Source: an uncultured Spirochaetota bacterium
GTDB taxonomy: Bacteria > Spirochaetota > Spirochaetia > SZUA-6 > CAVTHK01
DNA length: 64,000 bases
Direction of reading: 5' to 3'
NCBI GenBank assembly: GCA_963734495.1
Contig: CAVTHK010000003.1
Location: 384,001-448,000 of the forward strand
Position 1 is the first letter of the stretch. Every line of letters starts with the position of its first letter. This document shows, piece by piece, positions 27,406-38,141 of the stretch. The translations under genes and the position numbers were made by a program. Below the pieces are notes generated by a model. That model had not been told where the DNA came from. It was given only the letters and a program-made list of their open reading frames with translations, and did no database searches.

Positions 27406-29952
27406 TCACCGCTGCCAGAGGATGTGAGCGGCCTCCAGCGGCACCGCGACGCCGTGGTGGTGCGGTATCACTCGTGCCGTGTAGTCCGTCGCCGGGCGTG
27501 TCGCAGGCACGGTCGCGTAGTAGATGTACCCGTCGGCAGAATCTCCACGTTGCCGGTGGCGTCTCATCTCCTGGCGCGCCCGGCTGTGGCCGCCGAGCTC
27601 GTCGGCGTAGAGCTCGACGCGCACCGCATCAGGGTCGAGATCACCGAGATAGACCCGCACTTCGAATGTGTGGTCCTGAGCGTCAGTCCTGACTTTTGCG
27701 TCGCCGAATCTCAGCGTAGCCCATTTCCGCTCCAGAGTGTGCCGCCAATCGACCACCCGCCTGGCCGCTGCGCCCTTATCGGCGGCGCGCTCACGGTAGG
27801 CTGCGGCAGCGGGGAGGTAGTGCTGCTCTGTGTATTCGCGCACCGTGCGGTCGGCGCAAAAGCGCGGCGTCAGCCGTGCCATGCTCTCACGCACGCGCCT
27901 CACCCAGGCGGCAGGAATGCCCCTCTTGTCGCGGGCATAGAACTCGGGGATCACCTCGTTCTCGAGGAGCCGGTAGAGCTCTTCGGCTTCCGCGGCATCC
28001 CAGGCGGGATCATCGCCATGCTCCTGTCCGTCACCCAACGCCCACCCCACCTCAGGCGAGTAGGCTTCCGCCCACCAGCCATCCAGCTCCGACAGATTGA
28101 TGCCGCCGTTGACGAGCACCTTCATGCCGCTCGTTCCGCTGGCCTCCCAGGGCCTCCGCGGCGTGTTGATCCAGACATCCACTCCTTGCACGAGGTGCTC
28201 GGTCAGAAGCATGTCGTAGTCACTGAGGAAGATCGCATGGGGACGCGTCTCGGGCCGCCGGATGAAGCGCGTCCATTCCTGGATCAAGGCCTGCCCCGCC
28301 TGGTCCGCCGGATGGGCTTTGCCGGCAATGATGAGCTGTACCGGGCGCTGAGGATCGGTCAGCAGGCGAAGCAGCCTCTGCGGATCGTGCAGCAGCAGGT
28401 TTGGCCGCTTGTATGTGGCGAAGCGGCGCGCAAAGCCCAACGTCAACGCGTTGGGATCGAACAGGCGCTTCGCCTCTTCTACCGATTCCCCGGTCGCACC
28501 GGACATGGTCAATTGACGGGCCAGGCGTTCGCGCGCGTACTCAACGAGGGACGTCCGGGCGGTCGTCCGCATCCGCCACAGCCTGGCGTCAGAGACGCTG
28601 CGGATGTCTCGCTCCAGGGTTGTTTTCGTTCCCAGCCAGCGATCCTTTCCACAAGCCTCCATCCAGAGATCGTCGGCCGCAGCCGAATCCCAGCTCGGCA
28701 TGTGGACTCCGTTGGTGATGTGTCCGACCGGCACTTCGTCTTGCGGCCAGTTCGGAAAGAGGGGCTGCAGGATGCGGCGGCTCACCTTTGCGTGCAGGCG
28801 ACTCACGCCGTTGACCGCCCCGCTCCCGCGGATCGCCAGATAGGCCATGTTGAAGCTTTCCGTCGGGTCGTTCGGGTCCCGGCGGCCAAGAGCCAGGAGA
28901 TCCCGGAGTGTGATGCCGAGCTTTTTCTCGGCATAACCACCGAGGTATTGCTCGATGAGTGCTGGAGCGAACCGGTCGAAGCCTGCGGCCACCGCCGTGT
29001 GGGTGGTGAACAGGTTGCCCACCCGCGTGACGGCCAGCGCGACTTCAAAGGGCTGGCCGGTCGCCTGCATGAAGTCGCGGGCGCGCTCCAGCACGGCGAA
29101 AGCCGCGTGTCCCTCGTTCAGGTGACAGACCTCGGGTTGGATGCCCAGCGCCGAAAGCAGCCGCCATCCGCCGATCCCCAGTACGATCTCCTGCGTAAGC
29201 CGGAGCTCCGAGGTGCCGCCATATAGCTCACTGGTGATTCCCCGATGAACGGGCAAGCTCGCCGTGTCGTTACTGTCCAGGAGGTAGAGCCTTGCCCTCC
29301 CGACCTGAACCTGCCAGACGCGCAGCCAGACCGAGTAGCCCGGCAACGGGATCTCCAACCGCAACCACTCTCCGTTCGGGCGGCGCAGGGGCGCGATCGG
29401 CAACTGGCCCGGATCGTTGTACGGGAAAAGACACTGTTGTGCACCTTCCTGGTCGATCCACTGGCGAAAATAGCCTTGCTGGTAGAGCAGACCCACGCCG
29501 ATCACCGGCACGCCCAGATCGCTGCAGGCCTTCAACTGATCGCCGGCCACGTTGCCGAGTCCTCCCGAGTAGATGGGGAGAGCTTCGCTCAGCATGAACT
29601 CCATGCTGAAATAGGCGACGCAGGTCAGGGCTGATTGCGGGCAGGTTCGCTGAAACCACGCCGGTGCCTCGGCAGCCTGCCGCTTTTCCTGCAGCAGATC
29701 GTCGACGCTCTTTCGGAAACCGGGCTCGGCTGACACGCGCTCGATCTGGTCCCGGGAAACCGTCTGCAGAACGCCCCAGGGGTTATGCGTGAGCTCCCAG
29801 AGATCGGGATCCAGACGCCGCCAGACTTCGTCCGCCGCGTGATTCCACGACCAGCGCATGTCCAGGGCCAGCTCGGCCAGCGAGTCGAATCCCTCGACCT
29901 CCGCAGGCAGGAGACCGTATATCGGGTGGCTGACACGCCCGCGCTTGCTCAT
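27406..29952 (-). CDS. glgP: Alpha-glucan (glycogen/maltodextrin) phosphorylase
   Basis: VAYFSMEF, YSGGLGNVAGD, HLNEGHAAF, FARRFATYKRP, PLP-lysine motif EASGTSGMK. Confidence 0.96.
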   Translation of the reverse strand: MSKRGRVSHPIYGLLPAEVEGFDSLAELALDMRWSWNHAADEVWRRLDPDLWELTHNPWGVLQTVSRDQIERVSAEPGFRKSVDDLLQEKRQAAEAPAWFQRTCPQSALTCVAYFSMEFMLSEALPIYSGGLGNVAGDQLKACSDLGVPVIGVGLLYQQGYFRQWIDQEGAQQCLFPYNDPGQLPIAPLRRPNGEWLRLEIPLPGYSVWLRVWQVQVGRARLYLLDSNDTASLPVHRGITSELYGGTSELRLTQEIVLGIGGWRLLSALGIQPEVCHLNEGHAAFAVLERARDFMQATGQPFEVALAVTRVGNLFTTHTAVAAGFDRFAPALIEQYLGGYAEKKLGITLRDLLALGRRDPNDPTESFNMAYLAIRGSGAVNGVSRLHAKVSRRILQPLFPNWPQDEVPVGHITNGVHMPSWDSAAADDLWMEACGKDRWLGTKTTLERDIRSVSDARLWRMRTTARTSLVEYARERLARQLTMSGATGESVEEAKRLFDPNALTLGFARRFATYKRPNLLLHDPQRLLRLLTDPQRPVQLIIAGKAHPADQAGQALIQEWTRFIRRPETRPHAIFLSDYDMLLTEHLVQGVDVWINTPRRPWEASGTSGMKVLVNGGINLSELDGWWAEAYSPEVGWALGDGQEHGDDPAWDAAEAEELYRLLENEVIPEFYARDKRGIPAAWVRRVRESMARLTPRFCADRTVREYTEQHYLPAAAAYRERAADKGAAARRVVDWRHTLERKWATLRFGDAKVRTDAQDHTFEVRVYLGDLDPDAVRVELYADELGGHSRARQEMRRHRQRGDSADGYIYYATVPATRPATDYTARVIPHHHGVAVPLEAAHILWQR

Positions 29953-30260
29953 GGCCGCTCCTTGAAATGCCCGCAACGCTCGCCAGGCATCCTGGCCTGC
30001 CCTGACGAACAGTATAGCGAGCGATCGCCACCGTGGTCACCTCGAGTACCGAGCGGGACTTCCGGACGTGAGACGGCGTGCTGCCTCTCTGTTAACACTA
30101 TCAGGGTGACTCCTTGCACTCCTTACTGCCCTTGCTGGATACTGGAAGAGGTCGGGAGCCGTCCAGACGGTCGGGCGTACGGACTGAGACCAATCCTCAA
30201 AAGGCCCCGGCGTTGACGCCTTGATGGCGGCGGTTCATGTTGCGGGCGGCGGAGGGACCG

Positions 30261-30743
30261 ATGGAAACAAGAGTTGGCGTGTGGATTGACCACAGAAAGG
30301 CCGTTGTCGTCGCCGTTACGGATCAGGGCGAAACGACAACACTGAGACTGGTGGTGTCTAAAGTCGAAAAGCAGCCCGGACGTTCCGCGGGTGTCCGTTC
30401 CACGAGTCGCTATGAGTCACTGCAGGTGCCGGCGGATGATCGGCGTCAGAGGAGGTTCACGGGACAACTCAACCTCTACTATGATGCCGTAATCGCATGC
30501 GTTCGCGGTGCGCAGGCCATCCTGCTTTTTGGTCCCGGCGAGGCCAAAGGCGAACTGAAGACACGTCTCGAGAGGGACAAGTTGGGTGCGCACATCGTCG
30601 GAATCGAAACAATCGACAGGATGACCGATCGCCAGATCGCAGCGAAGGTTCAACAGCACTTTGGACCACACGGTGGCGCGCAGGCGCAACGGACGAGGAA
30701 GCGTGCCGGGGACCAGCAGCCGCCGCGCCGGCGGGTGGGGTGA
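30261..30743 (+). CDS. Hypothetical protein of eRF1 domain 2/baeRF (host-attachment-like) type
   Basis: VGVWIDHRKAVVV, ILLFGPGEAKGEL, IETIDRMTDRQIAAKV. Confidence 0.65.
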   Translation: METRVGVWIDHRKAVVVAVTDQGETTTLRLVVSKVEKQPGRSAGVRSTSRYESLQVPADDRRQRRFTGQLNLYYDAVIACVRGAQAILLFGPGEAKGELKTRLERDKLGAHIVGIETIDRMTDRQIAAKVQQHFGPHGGAQAQRTRKRAGDQQPPRRRVG

Positions 30744-30828
30744 GAAGGCCGACGTCGTCCCCCGATTCGACGCCGGTCGGGCGGCGCAGAGGCGCGCCTC
30801 GAGAGTCGCGCATGAGGAGGCAGCAGGA

Positions 30829-31065
30829 ATGGAATTCTCCGAGAAGGTCTTGAGAGAAGCGTTCAGTCGATCCGGCGGACGATGCGAGTGCAGGCGTGCA
30901 TCGCACCGCCATGGAGATCAGCGATGCCCCAAGAACCTATCCTGGGCGCTGCACGGCAAGGACCCTGAAGGTTGGGCAGCGCACCACATCTCAGCCGAAG
31001 CCTCCGACACGGCCAGCAACTGCGAAATTCTGTGTTTTTCCTGCCTCAGGGCCACGTCCGATTGA
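30829..31065 (+). CDS. Small Cys/His-rich HNH-like zinc-binding protein
   Basis: FSEKVLREAFSRSGGRCEC...WAAHHI...DTASNCEILCFSC. Confidence 0.65.
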   Translation: MEFSEKVLREAFSRSGGRCECRRASHRHGDQRCPKNLSWALHGKDPEGWAAHHISAEASDTASNCEILCFSCLRATSD

Positions 31066-31254
31066 TGCGCGGCTCCATTCATCGACGCCGCGCGGGGTGA
31101 GCCGCTCGCCTCGCTACTACTTCTTCTTCATTCAGGACAGCCCGACTATCATCGCCAGGCCTTTCGGCAAGCGGGGCGGCCGGGTCGGCGGGCCGGGCGA
31201 CACCCGATGACGCTCGAGGCTTGACTTCGCGCCGGGGGCTGGCGACCTTTGCGC

Positions 31255-31629
31255 ATGGCTCGAAAGCTCAACCCGCTCACCCGCGAAGAGGAGCGGGTCA
31301 TCGTTCACAAGGGCACCGAAAGGCCGTTCACGGGCGAGTATGTCTCCTCCAAGGGGAAGGGCACCTACGTGTGCCGCAGGTGCGAAGCGCCCCTCTACCG
31401 CTCCGAGGACAAGTTCGATTCGCACTGCGGCTGGCCGAGCTTCGACGACGAGATCGCCGGCGCCGTCAAGCGTACCGTCGACGCGGACGGGGAGCGGACC
31501 GAGATCACCTGCGCGAGCTGCGGGGGTCATCTGGGTCACGTGTTCCTGGGCGAGGGCCTCACCGCAAAGAACACCCGGCACTGCGTGAACTCGCTGTCGA
31601 TGAAGTTCGTGCCCGACGCGAAGGCGTGA
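31255..31629 (+). CDS. msrB: Peptide-methionine (R)-S-oxide reductase
   Basis: [47 protein letters not shown]. Confidence 0.96.
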   Translation: MARKLNPLTREEERVIVHKGTERPFTGEYVSSKGKGTYVCRRCEAPLYRSEDKFDSHCGWPSFDDEIAGAVKRTVDADGERTEITCASCGGHLGHVFLGEGLTAKNTRHCVNSLSMKFVPDAKA

Positions 31630-31702
31630 GCCGCCGCGCCTCCGGCGCGCGCGCTTCACCTTGCCCCGCCTCCGTGCTACCGTCCGGGCGGTGGAGGCTG
31701 CG

Positions 31703-32458
31703 ATGTTCGACGTGACAGGAAAGATCGCCCTGGTGACCGGCTCGAGCCGCGGGCTGGGCCTCGTCCTCGCCCGCGGGCTGGCCCGCGCCGGCGCGCGCGT
31801 CGTCCTGAACGCGCGCGACCGCGAGCGCCTGGAAGGGGCGCGGCGCGCTCTGGAGGCAGAGGGCTTCGCGGCCGCCGCGAGCGTCTTCGACATCACCGAC
31901 GAGGCCGCCGTGAGCAGGGCGGTGAGCGCCGTCGAGGAGGACGTCGGCCCCATCGACATCCTGGTGAACAACGCCGGCATCCAGCACCGCGCGCCGCTCG
32001 AGGAGTTCCCCGAGGAGCAGTGGCGGAAGATCCTGGACGTCAACCTGACCGGTGCGTTCATCGTGAGCAAGCACGTGGCCCGGCGCATGATCGCGAGGCG
32101 CCGCGGCAAGATCGTCAACATCTGCTCGCTCCAGAGCGAGCTCGGGCGGAAGACCATTGCGCCCTACGCGGCCTCCAAGGGCGGGCTCAAGATGCTGACG
32201 CGGGGCATGGCGGTGGACTGGGCGCAGCACAACATCCAGGTCAACGCGATCGGTCCCGGCTACTTCATCACGGAGATGACGAAGCCGCTGGCCGAGAACC
32301 CCGAGTTCGACAAGTGGTACCGCGCGCGAACGCCTTCGGGCCGCTGGGGGGATCCCGAAGAGCTCCTGGGCGCGCTGCTGCTGTTCTGCTCGCCGGCGTC
32401 GGATTTCATCAACGGACAGCTTCTGTTCGTCGACGGGGGCCTCAGCGCCGCGATCTGA
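31703..32458 (+). CDS. idnO: SDR, gluconate 5-dehydrogenase-like
   Basis: TGSSRGLG, NNAGIQHRAPLEEFP, ICSLQSELGR.TIAPYAASKG, RTPSGRWG. Confidence 0.82.
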   Translation: MFDVTGKIALVTGSSRGLGLVLARGLARAGARVVLNARDRERLEGARRALEAEGFAAAASVFDITDEAAVSRAVSAVEEDVGPIDILVNNAGIQHRAPLEEFPEEQWRKILDVNLTGAFIVSKHVARRMIARRRGKIVNICSLQSELGRKTIAPYAASKGGLKMLTRGMAVDWAQHNIQVNAIGPGYFITEMTKPLAENPEFDKWYRARTPSGRWGDPEELLGALLLFCSPASDFINGQLLFVDGGLSAAI

Positions 32459-35100
32459 GCCGGACCGGCTCCTCCGCTCCTCGCGTGATCAGCTTCCGGA
32501 CCTCCATCCAGAAAGTGCCGGCGACCGGCGCCGCGAGCGCCAGGGCCCATTGGGTGCCGCTCAAGCCCGCGGTCCTGAGCACGGCGTGCAGCGGGGGCGC
32601 GAGCACCGCGAGCAGCGCGAACAGCCGACGCGGCGGCGCCCCAGGCCAGCAGCATCCGGTTGGAAAAGACCCCTATGCGCGCGAGCGGCGTGCGGACCGA
32701 GCGCATGTTGCAGGCGAGCAGCACGTGGCCCACGAGCCAGCTCACGAAAGCGACCGTGTGCGCCTGCGGCCGGAGTGCCGCCGCCGTACCACGTGGCGAG
32801 GTACGCGGCCGTGACGGCGGCAAACAGCCCGGCCGCCGAGGCGAAGATGCTCGAGACCATCCGGCCGTCCATGAAAGGGCGCCTCGGGTCGCGCGGCGGC
32901 CGTTTCATCACGTCGCCCTCGCCCGGCTCGGACACGAACGTCGCCGAGGCGGCCAGGTCCATGAACAGCTCCATCACGATGATCTGGATCGGGGCGAACG
33001 GGACCGGGACTCTCAGCAGGATCGGCACGAGCGTCGCCGACACGAGCGCCACCTTGCAGGCGAGGTAGTAGCGGATCGCCTTGGAGAGGTTCTCGAAGAG
33101 GACGCGGCCTTCCGAGACCGCGTTCGCGATGGTCGCGAAGTTGTCGTCGGCGAGCACCATGTCGGCGGCCTCGCGCGCGACGTCGCTCCCCGATTCGCCC
33201 ATCGCGACGCCGATGTCCGCGGCCGCGAGCGCGGGGGCGTCGTTGACGCCGTCCCCGGTCACGGCGACCCGCTCGCCCCGCGCGTGCAGGGCGTCGACGA
33301 TGCGCAGCTTGTGCTCGGCTGTGGCGCGCGCGTAGATGGAGACCTCGGCCGACAACGCGACCAGCTCGCCGTCGCTCACCTTGTCCAGCTCGGCGCCCGA
33401 AAGCACCCGTCCTTCGCCGTCGAGCCCGCACTCGCGCGCCACCGCCCGGGCGGTCGCGGGATGGTCGCCCGTGATCATCAGGGTGCGGATGCCCGCGGTC
33501 CTGCAGCTTTCGATGGCGCCCTTGACTTCCTCGCGGGGCGGATCCGCGAAGCCGATGAGGCCCGCGAAAGAGAGGTCCGCCTCCGCCGCCTCCGCGGAGG
33601 CGGAGCGCGCGGGCGCTTCCGGGCCGGCAAGCCTTCGCGAAGCGAGAGCGATGACACGCAGCCCGCGCGAGCCCATCCGCGCCGCCTCCGCGAGAAAGCG
33701 CCGCCTTGTCGTCGGGCGAGAGAGGGATCTCGCCGGCAGCGTCGACCTTCAATTTTGACTTCTCCAGGATGGCCTCGGGCGCGCCTTTCGCGGCGATCAG
33801 GACGCCGTCGGGCGCCGCTCGCACCACGGACATGCGCTTGCGGCCGGCATCAAAGGAGTGCTCGCGGAGCAGGGGACGGGAGGCGTGCAGCGCCCCGGCA
33901 TCGATGCCGCCGGCGCGGGCCCGGGCAAGGACCGCCGCCGCCATCGGGTCGGAAGACGGCCTGTTCCCCTCGCCGGCGATCCCCATGGTGAGCACGGCGA
34001 GCTCCAGGAGTCGCGTCGCGTCCGCGCCCGGAGAAAGCGCCCCGACAGCCATCCGGTTCTCGGTGAGGGTCCCGGTCTTGTCGGTCGCGATCACGGTCAC
34101 GGCGCCGAGCGACTCGACCGCGGAAAGACGCTTGACGATCGCGCGCTTCTTCGAGAGACGCCAGCCTCCCAGCGCGAGGACCATGGTGATGATGATGGGG
34201 AGCTCCTCGGGGATGGTGGCGAACGCCATGGACAGTCCCGTGAGGAGCATGTCCTTCGGAGGCTCGCCGCCGACCACGATGCCCAGGAGGGGTATCAGCA
34301 CGCTCAGCCCGAGCGCGAGCGCCACCATCGACCGGCTCAGCTCCGCCATCGCCTTCTGCAGAGGGGTGCGCGGCTCCCTCACGCGCTGCGCCAGCTCCGC
34401 CACGCGGCCCAGCTCCGTCGACATCCCGGTGCTCACGATCGCGGCGGTCCCGCCTCCCCGCAGCACGAGGCTTCCGGAGAACACCATGTTGCGCCGCTCC
34501 GCCAGGGGCGTGTCCGCATCCAGGACGGCGGCGGCCATCCTTGTCGACGGGCATCGATTCGCCGGTGAGCGATGATTCGTCGACCGCCAGACCGCGGGCC
34601 GCGAGGAGCCGGGCGTCCGCCGGGACGCGGCGGCCCGCCTCGAGGGCGACCACGTCGCCCCGAACGAGCCGCTCCACCGGCAGCTCCCGCCACTCGCCGC
34701 CGCGAAGGACGGGCGCGCTCGGCTCCGAGAGCTTGCGCAGCGAGCGGATCGCCTGTTTGGCCCGCTGCTCGTTCCAGACCTCCACGGTGTTGAGCAGAAG
34801 GATGACCGCGAAGATGACGATGGCGTCGCTCAGCTCGCCCCAGACCGCGTACAGGACCCCCGTTGCCAGGAGCAGCAGGATGAGGGGCTCCTTGAGCTCC
34901 TCGAGGAATTCCTTCCAGAACGGCTCGTGCTTCTCGATCCGCAGGGTGTTCGCGCCCTCGGTCTCCAGGCGCGCCGCGGCCGCCTCCTCGGCGAGGCCGC
35001 GCTCCGCGTCCGTCGCGACGCGGCCGATCGCATCAGCGGCCGAAAGCGCGTGCCAGCACGCGCCGGCGTCGCGGTCGCGGGACGTCCGTTCCGGTTTCAC
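32442..35100 (-). CDS. Cation-transporting P-type ATPase (Ca2+/Na+-type); frameshifts near 34540, 33690, 32765 and 32630
   Basis: DESSLTGES, IPEELP, phosphorylation motif DKTGTLTEN, MITGDH, TGDGVNDAPAL, found across successive frames. Confidence 0.9.
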
Positions 35101-35888
35101 GGCGCGGCCCCTCTTTCACGGATCAGGCGCAACACGTGATCGACGACGGGCCGGTCGGCGGACGAGATCGCCGGTCCCAGCAGCGTCGCCGTCTCTTCGT
35201 ACAGGCTCAACCCCGCCTCGACCTGCCGCGCGAGCGGCGCACACGCACCGGCGGCTCCCGCATCGCCCGTGTCCATGGCGAACGCTTGCCGCGCAAGCGT
35301 CGACCAGCGCGAGTCGCGCCCCAGGGCCTCGATCACATCGAGGACGCAGGTGTTGTCGCCGCGGACGAGGATGCCGCGCTGCACCCGCATCGCCTTGCAG
35401 AGGAGCCACGAAAGCCCGAAGGCGGAGTTGAGCAGCCGCCCCGGGTCCCCAGACCGCAGGCCCTGCAGCCCCTTCAGGACCTCCTCGGCCAGCCCCGCGA
35501 GCATCCGCGACGCGTACGAATCGGCCGCCCGCTGCAGGCGATCGTCCCAGGCGAACGCCAGCGCGCGGGCGCGAACGCTCTCGAAGTCGCCCCACGGGTC
35601 CCACAGCGACACCGCGGTCCGGACGCCCGCGATGCACTCGGTCGCCTTTGCCGGCGCGGTGAACCACTGCTCGACGTTGTCCGCTCCGACTTCGCTCACG
35701 ACCAGCAGGCGCCCGTCGTGCACCTCGAGGGCAGGCTCGCGGGGGACTCGATCGACGAAGCAGACGAGGTCAATGTCGCTGCAGGGCGTGGCATCGCCGC
35801 GCGCGTAGCTTCCCATCAGCGCGATCGCCCGCACGCCGTCGCGGCCGGAGAAGCGCAGCACCAGCGGCGCGGTATCCATCCGCATCAT
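35097..35888 (-). CDS. Pol-beta-type nucleotidyltransferase domain protein (kanamycin-nucleotidyltransferase-like architecture)
   Basis: ALMGSYARGDATPCSDIDL (GS...DxD) followed by a helical C-terminal domain. Confidence 0.75.
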   Translation of the reverse strand: MMRMDTAPLVLRFSGRDGVRAIALMGSYARGDATPCSDIDLVCFVDRVPREPALEVHDGRLLVVSEVGADNVEQWFTAPAKATECIAGVRTAVSLWDPWGDFESVRARALAFAWDDRLQRAADSYASRMLAGLAEEVLKGLQGLRSGDPGRLLNSAFGLSWLLCKAMRVQRGILVRGDNTCVLDVIEALGRDSRWSTLARQAFAMDTGDAGAAGACAPLARQVEAGLSLYEETATLLGPAISSADRPVVDHVLRLIRERGAAP

Positions 35889-36577
35889 GCCTCACCCCGG
35901 CTCGTTGCCTCGCCGTCCAGGCGAACCGACCGCCCGAGAGACCACAGAGCGACCGACCCGCCGCGGCGAAGGAGCGCGACCGAGTCCAGGTAAGCCGGAA
36001 CGCCCACGTCCTCGTGGCGGAGGCCGAGATAGCGCTCGCGCAGCAGCATCAGGTTCCAGTCGTGCGTCACGGCGACCGTCACCGGGGATGGCGAATCCTC
36101 GAGCCGGCGCAGCGCTTCCTTGATCTCGAAGGCGGCAGCCTCGGCCAGCGGCGCGATCAGGCCCGAAGAGTACCTGCCGTCGAACCACGCGCGCAGGAAC
36201 GCGTCCGGCCCGCGGGCGGCGATCTCTTCGTTGACCCACTGCGCCTCGCCGCCGATGAAATCGCCGCCCAGCCAGCCCAGCGGCCCCTCCATGCTCGCGG
36301 CGCCTCCGGATTCCGCGGCGCCTCCCGCGAGCAACTCCGCCGTCTCGCGGCAGCGCGGGATCGGGCTGTGCCACACGGCGGCGCGTCCGAAGCGCGCGCC
36401 GATGAGCCTGCCGAGGGCGCGGGCGTCGAGACGGCCCTGCTCCGTCAGCATCACCGAAGCATGCGTGCGGATGTCGGTCACCTCCGCGCGCTCGGCATGC
36501 CGCATCAACAGCACCATCCGGTCGAAGGGCGGGATCGCGGCGATCGACGAGCAGCGAAGAGCGGCCGGCGAGCTCAT
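35885..36577 (-). CDS. Histidine phosphatase (phosphoglycerate mutase-like) family protein
   Basis: LLMRHAER, LTEQGRLDA, SPIPRCRETA, VAVTHD. Confidence 0.85.
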   Translation of the reverse strand: MSSPAALRCSSIAAIPPFDRMVLLMRHAERAEVTDIRTHASVMLTEQGRLDARALGRLIGARFGRAAVWHSPIPRCRETAELLAGGAAESGGAASMEGPLGWLGGDFIGGEAQWVNEEIAARGPDAFLRAWFDGRYSSGLIAPLAEAAAFEIKEALRRLEDSPSPVTVAVTHDWNLMLLRERYLGLRHEDVGVPAYLDSVALLRRGGSVALWSLGRSVRLDGEATSRGEA

Positions 36578-36582
36578 CGCGC

Positions 36583-37407
36583 CTACTCGTCCGCCATCAC
36601 GACGCGGAAGCCCGCCCAGTCCTCCGGCTCCTCCGGCCCGAGGCGCACCCTCGCGGCCGAGCGGCACACGTCCGGCGGGTCGTGCCAGCAGCCTCCGCGC
36701 AGCACGCGCGAGTCCTTCTCCTTGCTCTTTCCGGCCGCCCGCGCGGTCCAGGCGCTGCCGTCGGCCGGCGCGCCGTCGTAGCTCTCGTGCCACCGGTCCT
36801 CGCACCACTCCCAGACGTTGCCGTGCATCTCGCACAGGCCGAAGGCGTTAGGCGGCAGCGAGCCGACTTCGACGGTCGCGTGCCGGTACTCGCCCGTCGG
36901 CTCGAGGGCGTAGGTGTGGAGCCCGACGTAGTTGGCCAGCTCCGTCGTGAGCGTCGGCCCGTACGCGAACGGCGTCGTCGTCCCCGCGCGGCAGGCGTAC
37001 TCCCACTGCGCCTCGGACGGAAGCGAAACCGCCCTTCCGATCTTCGCCGTAAGCGCCTTGCAGAACTCGTTCGCGGCAATCCACGACGTCCTGTCCGCCG
37101 GGAGCCGAGCGCCCTTGCAGCGATACGGCGGCGACCAGCTCATCACGGAGCCCCACTGCTCCTGCGTCACCGCGTACCTGCCGATCCGGAACGCGGCGAC
37201 AGCGACCCTGTGCTGCGGCCGCTCGTCGTCGTACCCCGTGCGGCCCGGCGATCCCATCGCGAGCTCGCCCGCGGGGACGCGCACCATCTCCAGCTCCGCC
37301 CGCCCGAGGTCGAAGACCATCCGCTCGGCGGACAGGACCGACCGCCGGACCACCTTCCCATGGTCGTCCAGGAAAGGAACTTCAAAGGTGAAGGTCTCCG
37401 CCGTCAT
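36583..37407 (-). CDS. Formylglycine-generating enzyme (SUMF1/EgtB/PvdO) family protein
   Basis: ERPQHRV, VTQEQW, LPSEAQWEYACRAGT, PNAFGLCEMHGNVWEWC, RVLRGGCW, GFRVV. Confidence 0.92.
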   Translation of the reverse strand: MTAETFTFEVPFLDDHGKVVRRSVLSAERMVFDLGRAELEMVRVPAGELAMGSPGRTGYDDERPQHRVAVAAFRIGRYAVTQEQWGSVMSWSPPYRCKGARLPADRTSWIAANEFCKALTAKIGRAVSLPSEAQWEYACRAGTTTPFAYGPTLTTELANYVGLHTYALEPTGEYRHATVEVGSLPPNAFGLCEMHGNVWEWCEDRWHESYDGAPADGSAWTARAAGKSKEKDSRVLRGGCWHDPPDVCRSAARVRLGPEEPEDWAGFRVVMADE

Positions 37408-37485
37408 CCGCGCCTCCCGGCCGATCGTGCAGCGCGATCGGGGGCAAGGTCAACTCGCGCCCGCGCGCGGAAAGGGCCGCAGCGC

Positions 37486-38130
37486 TCAGGCGAGGCCGTC
37501 GAGGAGAGGCCCGTAGCGGCGGGCCACGGCCAGGATCTCGGCGAACGCGTCGAGGTCGACGGCGGCCGCGATGGCGTCGAGGGCCGCGGCGAAGTCGCAG
37601 CTCTCGTCGCGGTAGATGCGCCGCATCCGCGCGAAGTCCGGCCGCAGGCGGTCGTTGGCCTCGCGCCATCGGTCGAACCAGCGGCCCGCGCTCTCCGGTC
37701 CGTGCTCGAGCAGCGCGAGGAGGAAGAGCGCGCTCAAGGCGCTCTCGGTCTCGCCTCCGCATCCGTGGACGGTCGCGTGGGTGCGCGTGGCCCACTCCCG
37801 CGCGACGGCGTCCGTGCCCTGGTAGCAGGCGAGCAGGTACAGATCCACGCCCGCCGCGAGCCTCAGGTCCCGCGGGTGCAGGGCCGCGCCGCCCGGACCG
37901 AGGCCGTCGCTGATGCGCGCGCCGCCGGGCGCGCCGTGGCCCGAGACCGCCACCCAGCGCAGGGCTCGCCTGCGGCCGAGGGCGAGCGGCCCGTCGCCTC
38001 GCCAGGCGATGTGATGCGCTGCTCCGCATCCGGCCAGCAGGCGGCACGCCCGCTCGACGCCGCGGAACTGGCGGTCCGCTGCCGCGGCGCAGGTGATGAG
38101 CAGGTACCGCGTCCCCCGAGGGATCTCCAT
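37486..38130 (-). CDS. Hypothetical protein with a caspase/CHAT-like His-Cys motif pair
   Basis: WVAVSGHG...LHPRDL...LYLLACYQG. Confidence 0.55.
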   Translation of the reverse strand: MEIPRGTRYLLITCAAAADRQFRGVERACRLLAGCGAAHHIAWRGDGPLALGRRRALRWVAVSGHGAPGGARISDGLGPGGAALHPRDLRLAAGVDLYLLACYQGTDAVAREWATRTHATVHGCGGETESALSALFLLALLEHGPESAGRWFDRWREANDRLRPDFARMRRIYRDESCDFAAALDAIAAAVDLDAFAEILAVARRYGPLLDGLA

Positions 38131-38141
38131 GGCGCGGGGGG

